Notes: generated by a model from the sequence alone, not told the origin. Positions 18,816 to 28,723 are shown, counted from the stretch's first letter. The stretch: 64,000 nucleotides of DNA from Candidatus Levyibacteriota bacterium (GCA_016182235.1 JACOXT010000003.1:258209-322208); one strand, 5' to 3'. Made by a program: numbers and translations.

Positions 18816-19787
18816 ATGCAGACGGTATTAGTTGCAGGAGGAGCGGGGTTTATTGGCTCCCATCTATGCAATAGTTTATTGAAAGATAAATATAAAGTTA
18901 TTTGTATAGATAGTTTAATAACAGGGGATAAGAAAAACATTGAACCTCTACTCAAAAACCCAAACTATAAATTTATCCAAGAAGATATTACTAGGCCTTA
19001 TGAAAAATGGTTGTCACCGATAACGAAGAATAGCAGATTGGATTATGTATTTCACTTGGCGAGTCCCGCTTCCCCCAACAAAAAAAGTAAAAAAAGCTAC
19101 ATAAACTATCCAATCGAAACTTTACTTGCGAACTCGTTGGGAACATATAATCTCTTAGAGATGGCTCAAAAGTTTGAATCCAAGTTTTTATATACATCTT
19201 CTTCTGAAATTTATGGAGATCCTGCAATTTCTCCGCAAAAAGAAACATATTTTGGCAATGTTAACCCAAATGGCATACGTTCTGTTTACGACGAAGGGAA
19301 AAGATTTGGCGAGGCAATGACTTTTGGATATGTTAGAAAGTACAATCTGGATGCAAGAATTATTCGTATTTTTAATACTTATGGGCCAATGATGCAGAAA
19401 GATGATGGAAGAGTAGTATCTAATTTTATCAATCAGGCAATAGAAAATACATCTCTTACAATTTATGGTAAAGGAACACAGACTAGAAGCTTTTGTTTTA
19501 TCGATGATATGGTTTTGGGAATAAAAAGAGCAATGTTTTCTTCTCTATCGCGAGGTGAAGTGTTTAATTTGGGCCATACGGAAGAGAAAACAATTTTGGA
19601 GCTAGCTAAGCTTATTAAAAGCCTGACAGATTCCCAATCGGAGATAGAATTTGAAGAATTGCCTGTCGATGATCCGAAGACCAGAAGGCCGGACATTACC
19701 AAAGCAAGAGAAATTTTAGGATGGGAACCAAAAATAACAATAGAAGAAGGTCTTAGGAAAACTGTAGCATATTTTGAAGATTTGTAA
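18816..19787 (+). CDS. uxs: UDP-glucuronate decarboxylase (UDP-xylose synthase)
   Basis: GGAGFIGSHL, YDEGKR, RIFNTYGP...DDGRVVSNF and TRSFCFIDD. Together with ugd this gives a UDP-xylose route. Confidence 0.85.
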   Translation: MQTVLVAGGAGFIGSHLCNSLLKDKYKVICIDSLITGDKKNIEPLLKNPNYKFIQEDITRPYEKWLSPITKNSRLDYVFHLASPASPNKKSKKSYINYPIETLLANSLGTYNLLEMAQKFESKFLYTSSSEIYGDPAISPQKETYFGNVNPNGIRSVYDEGKRFGEAMTFGYVRKYNLDARIIRIFNTYGPMMQKDDGRVVSNFINQAIENTSLTIYGKGTQTRSFCFIDDMVLGIKRAMFSSLSRGEVFNLGHTEEKTILELAKLIKSLTDSQSEIEFEELPVDDPKTRRPDITKAREILGWEPKITIEEGLRKTVAYFEDL

Positions 19788-19793
19788 ATTAAT

Positions 19794-21041
19794 ATGAATA
19801 TTGTTGTTGTTACAGCCACTTATAACGAGAAAGGTAATATAGAGCGGCTTATCGATATTATTGAGACAGAGGTATTCCCAAAAATAAAAAGTCATAAGAT
19901 GCGTCTTCTTGTTGCGGATGACAACTCTCCTGACGGGACGGGAGAAGCAGTAAGAAGACTTATGAAAAAATGGAAAAATCTTAGCATAAACTCTGGAGAG
20001 AAAAAAGGACTAGGTGCTGCTTATCTTCGAGCAATAACTTCTGCGATTGAAGAATTTGACGCAGATGTGATTTTTGAAATAGATGCTGATTTGTCTCATG
20101 ATCCAAAAGAGATCCCGAACTTTCTTAAGAAAATGGAAGATGGATACGATATTGTTACAGGAACACGTTATAGTGAAGGAGGATCAATGCCTGAAAATTG
20201 GCCACTTCACAGAAAAGCATTTTCAGTGATCGGAAATTTATTGGTAAAAATCATTACAGGAAGGTTTTATATCTATGATTGGACGGGAGGATTTAGAGCG
20301 ATTAAAAGGGAAGTCTTTCTTAAAGAAAAAGATAAGCTGATTTCATTTCAGGGATATACATTTCAAGTTGCTTTTCTTTATAAAGCGTTATTAGACGGAT
20401 ATAAGATTGGACATGTCCCCATTCATTTCAAAGACAGAACATTGGGACGATCTAAAATCGCTCCCCTTGAATACATAGTAAATCTTTTAAAGTATGTAAT
20501 TTGGGAGAGAATTTACGAACTTCGACGGTTTATTAAATTTTTGATAGTTGGATCGACAGGATTTATTACCCAGATAGCGACACAAGAAGTAGCTGTTCGA
20601 AGCGGCCTCGCGTATGCGATCTCCTTGATAATAGGCTCAAGTCCGTCATCTCCTATATTAGAAAGAGATATATTGGCGCTCCGAGATGGAATCGGAGGGG
20701 GATTTGGGGCGGAAGCGGCGATTATTTCCAACTTTATGTTCAATAATTTTTGGACATTTAACGATGCAAGAAAACTAAAAGTAAAATCGCCATTTTTTTT
20801 GAGACTTATTAAATTCAATCTGACATCTGTCGCGTCTATATTTATTCAATCTTTTTCAATTTGGTTTTTTGTCCAACTTTTGGGCGTTAATCTTAACATT
20901 GGGGGTTTTACTATTCCGACCCGGCTTGTTGTTGTAGTCCCAACGATTATTTTGTTTGTTATACCGTTAAATTATTTCATTTATAATAAGATAATCTGGA
21001 AAACTCAGTATCTTAGAAATGTAAATGATGCAAAGGTATAG
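19794..21041 (+). CDS. polyprenol-phosphate glycosyltransferase (GT2, DPM1-like) fused to a C-terminal GtrA-like membrane domain
   Basis: N-terminal VVVTATYNE...ADDNSPDGT...EIDADLSH GT2 motifs. The C-terminal ~170 aa has 4 TM segments resembling GtrA. Confidence 0.75.
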   Translation: MNIVVVTATYNEKGNIERLIDIIETEVFPKIKSHKMRLLVADDNSPDGTGEAVRRLMKKWKNLSINSGEKKGLGAAYLRAITSAIEEFDADVIFEIDADLSHDPKEIPNFLKKMEDGYDIVTGTRYSEGGSMPENWPLHRKAFSVIGNLLVKIITGRFYIYDWTGGFRAIKREVFLKEKDKLISFQGYTFQVAFLYKALLDGYKIGHVPIHFKDRTLGRSKIAPLEYIVNLLKYVIWERIYELRRFIKFLIVGSTGFITQIATQEVAVRSGLAYAISLIIGSSPSSPILERDILALRDGIGGGFGAEAAIISNFMFNNFWTFNDARKLKVKSPFFLRLIKFNLTSVASIFIQSFSIWFFVQLLGVNLNIGGFTIPTRLVVVVPTIILFVIPLNYFIYNKIIWKTQYLRNVNDAKV

Positions 21042-22554
21042 GACGCTTATTATTCTTTTGATTCTTCTTTTCATATCTTCCTTTCTTAGGCTTTATAAGA
21101 TAGAGGATTATATGACTTTCTTGGGGGACGAGGGAAGAGATGTTTTGGTTGTTTATAATATTTTGCATGGCGACTTAACTCTTCTTGGTCCGACTGCCTC
21201 CGTTGGAGGATTTTTCTTAGGACCTATTTATTACTATTTCATGGCTCCTTTTTTGTGGCTTTTTAATTATAGCCCTTTGGGGCCAGCCGTAATGGTTGCC
21301 CTTTTTGGAGTCGCGACTGTAATCTTAATATATAAAATTGGAAAAGAATTTTTTTCCACTTCTGTTGGGCTTATCGCGTCGCTTTTCTACGCGGTAGCTC
21401 CTTTAATTATTATCCATTCTAGATCCTCATGGAATCCAAATGTGGTTCCTTTTTTCTCGCTTCTAACTTTGTATACCATATATAAGGCTTTAAATAGAAA
21501 TACTCAGAGACTTTTTATTCTGGGGGGATTTCTGCTTGGGATTACTATGCAACTTCATTATCTTGCGCTTTTTTTGGGGATTATAATTTCTATATATGTT
21601 GTTTTAAGTCGGAGATCATTGTCAAAATCGCTTAAAGATCATATATCTATTTTTATAGGTTTTTTGGTCGGATGGTCTCCATTTTTGGCTTTTGAAGTTC
21701 GCCACGGATTCCCAAACATTATAAGTTTATTTAATTTTGTTTTTCACTCCGGATACACAGGAGGCAATAGTGATTTTTTCAAAATCATCACCGACGTTTC
21801 TTCCAGATTGTTTGGCAGATTAGTTACCAATTTTCCATCACCTGAAAAAATAGAGCTATACACAAAAATGGATATAACAGTGTGGTATTATTTTACGCTT
21901 TTTTTGGGGGTAGCAAGTGTTTTGCTCTTGATTATTAAATGGCACAAAGCCTACAAGGAACATTCATTGGATTTTAGTAAATATAATTTACTGTTAATCT
22001 GGTTAATTGTAGGGGTAGGGCTTTTTGGATTTTATAAAAAGCCTATTTATGATTATTATTTTGGATTCATGTTCCCTCTGCCGTTTTTTATTGTTGGGAT
22101 TTTTCTTGCAAATCTATGGAAGAGTCGGTTTGGGAAAATCTTTAGCCTGTTAATCTTATTATTTATCTTATGGCTTAACTATTTAGGAGTTCCTTATAAA
22201 GCCTCCGCAAATAGACAGCTTCTTCAGACAGAGACTATCTCAAAATTCGTTCTTAGTAAGACGGATAACAAACCTTTTAATTTCGCACTCATAACCGGGG
22301 GAAATTCCGATCATGCATATAGGTATTTTTTTAAGATTTGGGATAGGGATCCAAAGACTATATTAAATCCCGAGAGAGATCCTAAGCGAAAAACAGTTAC
22401 AGACCAGCTATTAATTGTTTGCGAGGTCAGACCTTGTTACCCGCTCGGAAACTCTCTTTGGGAGGTAGCAGGATTTGGAAGAGGGGAAATTGTTGGAGAA
22501 TGGGATGTCTCTGTGGTGAAAGTTTACAAACTTGAGCACTACCAAGAGCCATAA
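21025..22554 (+). CDS. ArnT/PMT-like (GT-C, GT39/83-type) membrane glycosyltransferase
   Basis: Multi-TM, with a first-loop FLGDEGRD acidic motif; 509 aa. Its start overlaps the upstream GT2 gene. Confidence 0.6.
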   Translation: MMQRYRTLIILLILLFISSFLRLYKIEDYMTFLGDEGRDVLVVYNILHGDLTLLGPTASVGGFFLGPIYYYFMAPFLWLFNYSPLGPAVMVALFGVATVILIYKIGKEFFSTSVGLIASLFYAVAPLIIIHSRSSWNPNVVPFFSLLTLYTIYKALNRNTQRLFILGGFLLGITMQLHYLALFLGIIISIYVVLSRRSLSKSLKDHISIFIGFLVGWSPFLAFEVRHGFPNIISLFNFVFHSGYTGGNSDFFKIITDVSSRLFGRLVTNFPSPEKIELYTKMDITVWYYFTLFLGVASVLLLIIKWHKAYKEHSLDFSKYNLLLIWLIVGVGLFGFYKKPIYDYYFGFMFPLPFFIVGIFLANLWKSRFGKIFSLLILLFILWLNYLGVPYKASANRQLLQTETISKFVLSKTDNKPFNFALITGGNSDHAYRYFFKIWDRDPKTILNPERDPKRKTVTDQLLIVCEVRPCYPLGNSLWEVAGFGRGEIVGEWDVSVVKVYKLEHYQEP

Positions 22555-22658
22555 AGTCCCCAGGTGCAATCATAATCCACTCGAGGGTGTAGTCGATAAT
22601 ATTAAGACTATATCTACGCACCTCAAACTATAAGCTATTGTGATATAATACGTAGCCT

Positions 22659-23915
22659 ATGACACAAGAAAGGATGTCTCAGGGTGACACTCAGGAAACA
22701 TTGCGACCAAGGCCATTAACTCATGGTGAGTTTTATCTAGCCATGGTAGAAAGACCTGATCCGAATGGAGTAGGTCTTAGACCTGAATGGAGAAGTTTTT
22801 TTGTAGGACAAGAGAGAGCATATAAACAATTAACCAGTGCTTTAACCGAATCACCTGCTGGCACTGTGGTTGTACTTGCAGAACATTTAGGTACAGGCAA
22901 GGACACCCTAATAGACGTTGTGACTTATGACCTTATTTCTCAGGGGAAGACCAAGAAACAAGATATTCTATATGTCAATTCCAGATTTCATCTTGAAGAA
23001 AATCGAAGTTTTGAAAACATGGTTTTTGAAAGTTTTATGCCATGGCCTAAACCACCAGAAAACTGGCGTGAGTTAAAGCCAAAAATTCTCCTCTTAAAAG
23101 AGTTAGATTATATTTGGGGTTATAGCAAAGAACAGACTAAAGAAGATTTAAGAAGAAAAATAGCAGTTGCTGGCAAGTATTTAGGAAAAGAAGTTGAGAT
23201 ATTAATGTTGGTTGGAGATAAGAATTTATTGGATAGAGAAATAATTGATGTAGCAGGATCTCCATTTGAACCAATTTATATCCCACTTGATCCTCTTACT
23301 CCTGATGTGTTGAAGGAAACTTTACGTCAGCGTTTTGCATATGTGCTAGAACGCTCACCAGAAGAAATAGACGTTGATCCAATGATTGACCCAGACTTTT
23401 TAGCTACTCTTATTCCAAATACTGAATATCCTATTGCTAATATGAGGGGCACATTGGTAATATTTCAAGAGATTGGAAGAAATATAAAACCTACAGAGGA
23501 GTTGGTGCGAATCTCAGTAGAGTTGGTTAAAAAAAACTATGCAGAGGAATTTTATGATATATATTCGCGAGCTGACAAAGAGACACAAGAGCTTTTGCTT
23601 TGGTTAGTAAAACATATCAATGATCATGACAATGGTAAAACCATGATGAGGGCAATGTCTCCTGAAGAAATAATGGAAGCATGCCCCTTGGACTTTGATT
23701 CAAACGAAATAAAAGAAGAAATAATCCACCAACTTATTGAAAGTGTAGGTTTATTAGAAGTGGATCCAATTAAAGGTTTATATCTTCCAAGACAAAAGTT
23801 CTTTTTGATGGCAGCTTCTGTACCTACGCTATCCAAGTCACAAATGGACGCTTTAATATGGAAGAGAAATCAGGCTAAAAGAGAAGAGCAAGAAAGGATA
23901 AGGCGCGATGAATAG
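22659..23915 (+). CDS. hypothetical protein with divergent P-loop/AAA-like motifs (orphan)
   Basis: VVVLAEHLGTGKDTL (Walker-A-like, with D in place of S/T) and ILLLKELDYIW (Walker-B-like). The C-terminal helical region may be a winged helix. I do not recognise a family. Confidence 0.4.
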   Translation: MTQERMSQGDTQETLRPRPLTHGEFYLAMVERPDPNGVGLRPEWRSFFVGQERAYKQLTSALTESPAGTVVVLAEHLGTGKDTLIDVVTYDLISQGKTKKQDILYVNSRFHLEENRSFENMVFESFMPWPKPPENWRELKPKILLLKELDYIWGYSKEQTKEDLRRKIAVAGKYLGKEVEILMLVGDKNLLDREIIDVAGSPFEPIYIPLDPLTPDVLKETLRQRFAYVLERSPEEIDVDPMIDPDFLATLIPNTEYPIANMRGTLVIFQEIGRNIKPTEELVRISVELVKKNYAEEFYDIYSRADKETQELLLWLVKHINDHDNGKTMMRAMSPEEIMEACPLDFDSNEIKEEIIHQLIESVGLLEVDPIKGLYLPRQKFFLMAASVPTLSKSQMDALIWKRNQAKREEQERIRRDE

Positions 23916-25188
23916 AGAAGGTGAAGGATCATTGGCACAATCTCAAGAATCAAACCTCTATCTTCCAGCCAGATTCTTAGAGGGAAGAGGAATGGAGAGG
24001 GGAGCTCTTCCGTTAATGCTTGCGCAAATTGTAAAAGAACTAGATACGTTGCCATTAGTGCGTTCACCAGATGATCTTCCTGAAGAAATAAGGTATTTAC
24101 GAAATTCTAAAGATGGAATTCTTATCATGGTGAGCAGGAGAAGGCCAACATCTATTGGATTTAGCGGGATAACTGAAAGAGAACATATCTATGGTTATTT
24201 TGCTGAAGCTTATGAAGAAGTGAAAGGAATCCCGCAGCATAAGATAAATAATCCCTCTAGAGTTTGGAGTGGAGCATATGAAAGAGTAGACATAAGTGAT
24301 AAAGGAGATTATCGTGATGCTGGCCTTACACCAACAAACTTTATTGAGACTAGAAGACGTTCACTTGGATTATCTATAGAAAGCGATTTAGCTTTATCAG
24401 GAGGAGCAAGGCAATTTCAATTAACAGAAGGTGAGGAAACTGAAGTAATTGAGCAACACAGCATAAGCGAAACAGGAGCTTTAGTAGTCCCGGAAAAACA
24501 AGTCATAGCTAAGCTTTTTGGAGTAGCGAATGAGCAGGCAGAGAAGATGAAGCACATGGGACGAGAGATAAAAGATTTAATTAGAGGACATTTTGCTCCA
24601 ACCAATCAGGGTATATCAACTGAAGTTGGTTTAAATCACCTCGTAGTGACAAGTGGTGAAGAGAAATCTTCGTCGTTCATAGATTTATCTAACAAGTTAG
24701 GGCTTGTACCGCATACAATTCCATTTTGGAAAATGGCAAGTGATTTAGGTCCCTATATCAGGAACATTATAAGAAGAGGTGGAAAGGCTTCTGAAGCATT
24801 TCCTTTAGATAAGATTGAGAACATTGAATTCTATAATTCTGATTCAATTAGATTATTCAGAGAGCAGCATGGTACATATCCATTAGTAGTTACTTTTGAT
24901 ATGAGATCACTGGGTAGAACTGTACACAAAAGAGACATGTCAGATGCAAGGAATCATCTTCTTGGTAATATTAGTGAGGAAGGTATAAAACATCCATTAT
25001 TTGCTATAATTGAAATCAGTGATAATTCAGAAGACATGCCGACTGTTGTGATACGTCAAGGGGCTGGAAGATATTTACTAAAAAGTGAAAATATTGAAGA
25101 TATGCAAGGATTACTTGTAAAAATTGGAGTAGATTACGCACTGACTAAACAAGTTCGTGGATTAAGTGCTTTGGTTTCAGCCCTATGA
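23908..25188 (+). CDS. hypothetical protein (orphan), translationally coupled to the upstream gene
   Basis: 426-aa ORF. Its start overlaps the upstream stop by 8 nt (ATGAATAG). No motif recognised. Confidence 0.45.
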   Translation: MNREGEGSLAQSQESNLYLPARFLEGRGMERGALPLMLAQIVKELDTLPLVRSPDDLPEEIRYLRNSKDGILIMVSRRRPTSIGFSGITEREHIYGYFAEAYEEVKGIPQHKINNPSRVWSGAYERVDISDKGDYRDAGLTPTNFIETRRRSLGLSIESDLALSGGARQFQLTEGEETEVIEQHSISETGALVVPEKQVIAKLFGVANEQAEKMKHMGREIKDLIRGHFAPTNQGISTEVGLNHLVVTSGEEKSSSFIDLSNKLGLVPHTIPFWKMASDLGPYIRNIIRRGGKASEAFPLDKIENIEFYNSDSIRLFREQHGTYPLVVTFDMRSLGRTVHKRDMSDARNHLLGNISEEGIKHPLFAIIEISDNSEDMPTVVIRQGAGRYLLKSENIEDMQGLLVKIGVDYALTKQVRGLSALVSAL

Positions 25189-25217
25189 GATATTATTAAG
25201 GATTAATTAATTTTATT

Positions 25218-25961
25218 ATGACTGATATGACTTTGGAAAATAGAACAAATACAGAAAAATTATTATTTAACCCAGAAGATTATACGTTAAAAGAAATTCT
25301 AAGTCCCAAACATTCAGCTCTACTCGTAGTTGATGTTCAGAATGATTTCTGTGACCCGAAAGGAAAGTTTGCTGGTTGGGGAAGAGATATAAGTCAGATG
25401 CAGGAGATAGTTCCCCATATACAACATTTAATCGATACCGCACATAAAGCTCAAGTTCCAGTTATTTTTACAAGAGGATTCGAAGATGTTAAGTTTCGTA
25501 GCGGCCCTGATTTGAGACGCGCTGTTAGGTGGGAAGAAAAAGATGGCGATGGGAGTGTAAATTCTGAGTCGGGGACTTTTGGATCAGAATTTTATAAGGT
25601 TAAGCCGGAAGAAGGAGATATAGTTGTTGAAAAACATAAATGGTCAGCGTTTGCTGGGAAAGATAGAGATGGAAAAACTCTCCAAGAAATACTTGAAGAA
25701 CTTGGCGTAAAAACTTTGGTAGTAACGGGAGTTGTGGCAGAGACTTGCGTTGAAACAACAGTTAGAGATGCTTATGATAAAAATTATTTTGTAGTTATTC
25801 CAAGAAACAGTGTGGGTTCTAATGACCAAGAACAATTAGAAACAAGGATGAAATATTGGGAAAAAGGTTTTATAGGAGATGCCGTGACAGAAGAAGTTAT
25901 TAGACAAAACTGGCTTGCCAAAGTCCAATCTCCTCAACTTAGCCAAGTTTCAGAACAATAA
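25218..25961 (+). CDS. isochorismatase-family cysteine hydrolase (nicotinamidase-like)
   Basis: Catalytic triad context: LLVVDVQNDF (Asp), EKHKWSAF (Lys), VVAETCVETT (Cys). Confidence 0.8.
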   Translation: MTDMTLENRTNTEKLLFNPEDYTLKEILSPKHSALLVVDVQNDFCDPKGKFAGWGRDISQMQEIVPHIQHLIDTAHKAQVPVIFTRGFEDVKFRSGPDLRRAVRWEEKDGDGSVNSESGTFGSEFYKVKPEEGDIVVEKHKWSAFAGKDRDGKTLQEILEELGVKTLVVTGVVAETCVETTVRDAYDKNYFVVIPRNSVGSNDQEQLETRMKYWEKGFIGDAVTEEVIRQNWLAKVQSPQLSQVSEQ

Positions 25962-25962
25962 G

Positions 25963-25993
25963 AAAAACCCCTACCGCATGGCAGGGGTTTTTG
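25963..25993. terminator. rho-independent terminator, probably bidirectional
   Basis: AAAAACCCCTACC-GCAT-GGCAGGGGTTTTT directly after the stop codon, with an A-run on one side and a T-run on the other. A second palindrome, ATCCTTCGAAGGAT, lies at 26007-26020. Confidence 0.8.
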
Positions 25994-26034
25994 ACTTTAA
26001 AGATTTATCCTTCGAAGGATATTCCTTCCAAATC

Positions 26035-26178
26035 TTAGGACTTACCGATCTTGTACATTCCTGTCCCGCAGACTGGACACTTTCCCTTCATTGCTGGCTT
26101 GCCATTTTTCATGGTTACTGCCTGAGCATTTGGGTCATCTCTTTTTGCTCTGCATTTTACACAATACATCGATGCCAT
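26035..26178 (-). CDS. small zinc-ribbon protein (DUF5679-like), 47 aa, missing from the ORF track
   Basis: GGGAGGTGAAG is followed 6 nt later by the ATG. The translation is MASMYCVKCRAKRDDPNAQAVTMKNGKPAMKGKCPVCGTGMYKIGKS, with CxxC...CxxC. Confidence 0.75.
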   Translation of the reverse strand: MASMYCVKCRAKRDDPNAQAVTMKNGKPAMKGKCPVCGTGMYKIGKS

Positions 26179-26205
26179 ATTTCTGTCTTCACCTCCCTTC
26201 AGTTT

Positions 26206-26475
26206 TCAATAAGTTATATTAGGAAATACAATTATTCGATTTTTCAAAAGAAAGAAGAGAACAATCTGCACACCAATAATAGAAAGAGTTAGAATTCCTG
26301 TTTTTAAAATATCTTGCCTGATATAGGAATACGGTGAAACCGTAATCGCAGTTTGTGATTTTGCTGCCGAAGGTAGATGGATAGAGGGTTGGTCCTTGTT
26401 CTCCAAAGAATAAACAAAATGCTCTCGTCTTATGTCGGCTAATTTTTTTTGTTCTAAAGTTTTGTGTTTAGCCAT
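26206..26475 (-). CDS. small protein with a C-terminal TM segment, unknown function
   Basis: 89-aa ORF directly upstream of, and co-oriented with, the DUF5679-like gene. Confidence 0.5.
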   Translation of the reverse strand: MAKHKTLEQKKLADIRREHFVYSLENKDQPSIHLPSAAKSQTAITVSPYSYIRQDILKTGILTLSIIGVQIVLFFLLKNRIIVFPNITY

Positions 26476-26538
26476 GCAATAGCAAAAGACTACACTATTG
26501 ACTAGGCTAATGTCAATAGGCTAAGATATGTCTATCCT

Positions 26539-27000
26539 ATGGCACCTGATTTTCTCTTTTTAATTCTCGGTGTTATTATTTTATGGCTGGGAGCGCTTTC
26601 TATATTCCTTTGGAGCACAATCTCTCATTACAATAAATTGTCAAAAGGATTAACAGATAAGAGTCTTAAATCCGTGCTTGAGAATCTTTTAAAGAACCTG
26701 ACTAAAAATAAAGAGGATATTGATTATTTAAAATCCTATTGTGATAGAATACATAAAGAGGGATTTTTTCATATCCAAAAAATAGGTCTTATTCGCTTTA
26801 ATCCCTTCAAAGATACAGGAGGCAATCAGAGTTTTATATTGTCAATGGTAGATGGTAATAATACCGGGGTAATAATTTCCGGTCTTTATGCACGTTCCGG
26901 TACCAGATGGTATGCAAAAAAAGTTGTAAAAGGAAAATCCTTAGAACATGAGTTATCAGATGAAGAGAAAATGGCACTTCGTGAAGCAAAGTCTTTATAG
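26539..27000 (+). CDS. DUF4446 family protein
   Basis: N-terminal TM segment plus IGLIRFNPFKDTGGNQSFILSMVD...GLYARSGTRWYAKKV, as I recall for DUF4446. Confidence 0.7.
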   Translation: MAPDFLFLILGVIILWLGALSIFLWSTISHYNKLSKGLTDKSLKSVLENLLKNLTKNKEDIDYLKSYCDRIHKEGFFHIQKIGLIRFNPFKDTGGNQSFILSMVDGNNTGVIISGLYARSGTRWYAKKVVKGKSLEHELSDEEKMALREAKSL

Positions 27001-27003
27001 TTT

Positions 27004-28158
27004 ATGAGTAAAAATACAATTTTAAGCGTTGCATTAATAATTATAACATACATAGTATCTGCAGAAATATCATATGCCATATTTTCCCAAAGTGCTAAAA
27101 CCTCCGAACCCTTGGAGCCGCCAGTAGCATCAGATGGATTATCATTTGATGACAGTCTTCCTAAAACAGAACCATGTCCTTTGAATGGACAGAAATATTC
27201 TAAACAACAAAGACAATGGTGGGAGAAACATCGGCCACTTGGAGTAATGATAGAAAACCATGAAGAATCAAGACCTCAAGCGGGATTATCATCTGCAGAT
27301 TTTATATATGAAGCAGTAGCTGAAGGCGCAATAACGAGATTTCTAGCAGTATTTTATTGTAATGATGCTGAGTTAGTTGGGCCTGTGCGAAGCGCTAGAA
27401 CTTATTTTCTTGACTGGATTTCAGAATACGGCGACTATCCTTTATATGCGCACGTTGGCGGAGCAAATACGCCAGGACCCGCAAATGCCTTAGGACAGAT
27501 AGCAGATTATGAATGGAACATGTATAATGATCTCTCTCAATTTAATCTCAGCTACCCAACTTTTAAAAGAATAGAGAGTCCCAATGGCAGACAGGTAGCA
27601 ACCGAACATACGATGTTTTCGACAACTGAAGAATTATGGAGAGTTGCGGATAAACGTAAATTAACCAACGTTAATGAAGACAAAGAGTCGTGGGATGAAG
27701 ATTTCGTAGAATATAAATTCAAAGATGATGCTAAGGAAGCAGATAGACCTCTTAGTCAACTGATTCACTTGGAATTCTGGGAAGATTACAATCAGTATGC
27801 AGTCGATTGGACTTACGACAAAACAAGTAATAGCTATAAAAGAGCTAACGGCGGCAAGCCGCATATTGACAAAAATACAGGTAAAGAAATCACGGCAAAA
27901 AATATTGTAGTTTTATCAATGATAGAGACACATGCTAACGATGGTTATGAAAATAATGTTCACTTATTATATAAAAATAAAGGAACCGGGAAAGCTCGTG
28001 TATTTATGGATGGAGAGGAGATTGTAGGTACGTGGACGAAAGACGATAGAACGTCACGAACACTGATTTTTGATAGCAATGGAGAACAAATAAAGTTTAA
28101 TAGAGGATTATTGTGGTTTGAAATTCTGCCTACAACTGGAGTAGTGAATGTTAGCTGA
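27004..28158 (+). CDS. DUF3048 (YerB-like) secreted protein
   Basis: RPLGVMIENHEESRPQAGLSSADFIYEAVAEGAITRFLAVFY pattern, with an N-terminal anchor. Confidence 0.7.
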   Translation: MSKNTILSVALIIITYIVSAEISYAIFSQSAKTSEPLEPPVASDGLSFDDSLPKTEPCPLNGQKYSKQQRQWWEKHRPLGVMIENHEESRPQAGLSSADFIYEAVAEGAITRFLAVFYCNDAELVGPVRSARTYFLDWISEYGDYPLYAHVGGANTPGPANALGQIADYEWNMYNDLSQFNLSYPTFKRIESPNGRQVATEHTMFSTTEELWRVADKRKLTNVNEDKESWDEDFVEYKFKDDAKEADRPLSQLIHLEFWEDYNQYAVDWTYDKTSNSYKRANGGKPHIDKNTGKEITAKNIVVLSMIETHANDGYENNVHLLYKNKGTGKARVFMDGEEIVGTWTKDDRTSRTLIFDSNGEQIKFNRGLLWFEILPTTGVVNVS

Positions 28159-28723
28159 TTTAATTACATCAAAATCTCGGGTAAAATTACTAAATGTTTT
28201 TCTAGAGCATCCCTCGGAAATTTATCACGTTAGGGGGCTTGTAAGAAGAACCGGAGATGAGATTAACGCAGTAAGAAGAGAGCTTTTGTATTTGGAAAAG
28301 AAGGGAATTTTACTTAGAGAGCCGCGCGCAAATAGAGTCTATTATTCTCTGTCCAAAACCTACCCATACTATTTTGATCTTCTAAGAATCGCTGCGAAAG
28401 TGGTAGGACTTGGAGAAGCGATTTTAAAGAATCGCGCTAAGATTGGTAAGATAAAATACGCCATGTTTTCTGGAAGATTCGCAAGACGCATGGAGAAAAA
28501 GCCAACAGATGTTGATCTTTTGATTGTGGGGACAATTGTTCTTCCTGAGCTTGCGGTTCTGATAAGAGACGAAGAAAAAAGACTAAATACAGAGATCAAC
28601 TATACTGTCATGACTGAGGAAGAATTTTCGTTCAGGAAGAAAAAAAGAGATCCTTTCATATTGTCTGTTCTTTTGGGGTCAAGGGTAATGTTAAGTGGCG
28701 ACGAAGAAAGCATGCTTGCATGA
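28148..28723 (+). CDS. winged-helix regulator with a C-terminal nucleotidyltransferase-like domain
   Basis: N-terminal wHTH-like region (RVKLLNVFLEHP...VRGLVRRTGDEINAVRRELLYLEKKGIL) and a C-terminal VDLLIVG segment. Confidence 0.45.
   Translation: MLADLITSKSRVKLLNVFLEHPSEIYHVRGLVRRTGDEINAVRRELLYLEKKGILLREPRANRVYYSLSKTYPYYFDLLRIAAKVVGLGEAILKNRAKIGKIKYAMFSGRFARRMEKKPTDVDLLIVGTIVLPELAVLIRDEEKRLNTEINYTVMTEEEFSFRKKKRDPFILSVLLGSRVMLSGDEESMLA

Noticed and set aside
25915-26292. 125-aa plus-strand ORF spanning the terminator region.
   Set aside because: It reads through a strong terminator hairpin and lies antisense to a well-supported zinc-ribbon gene with a Shine-Dalgarno sequence.
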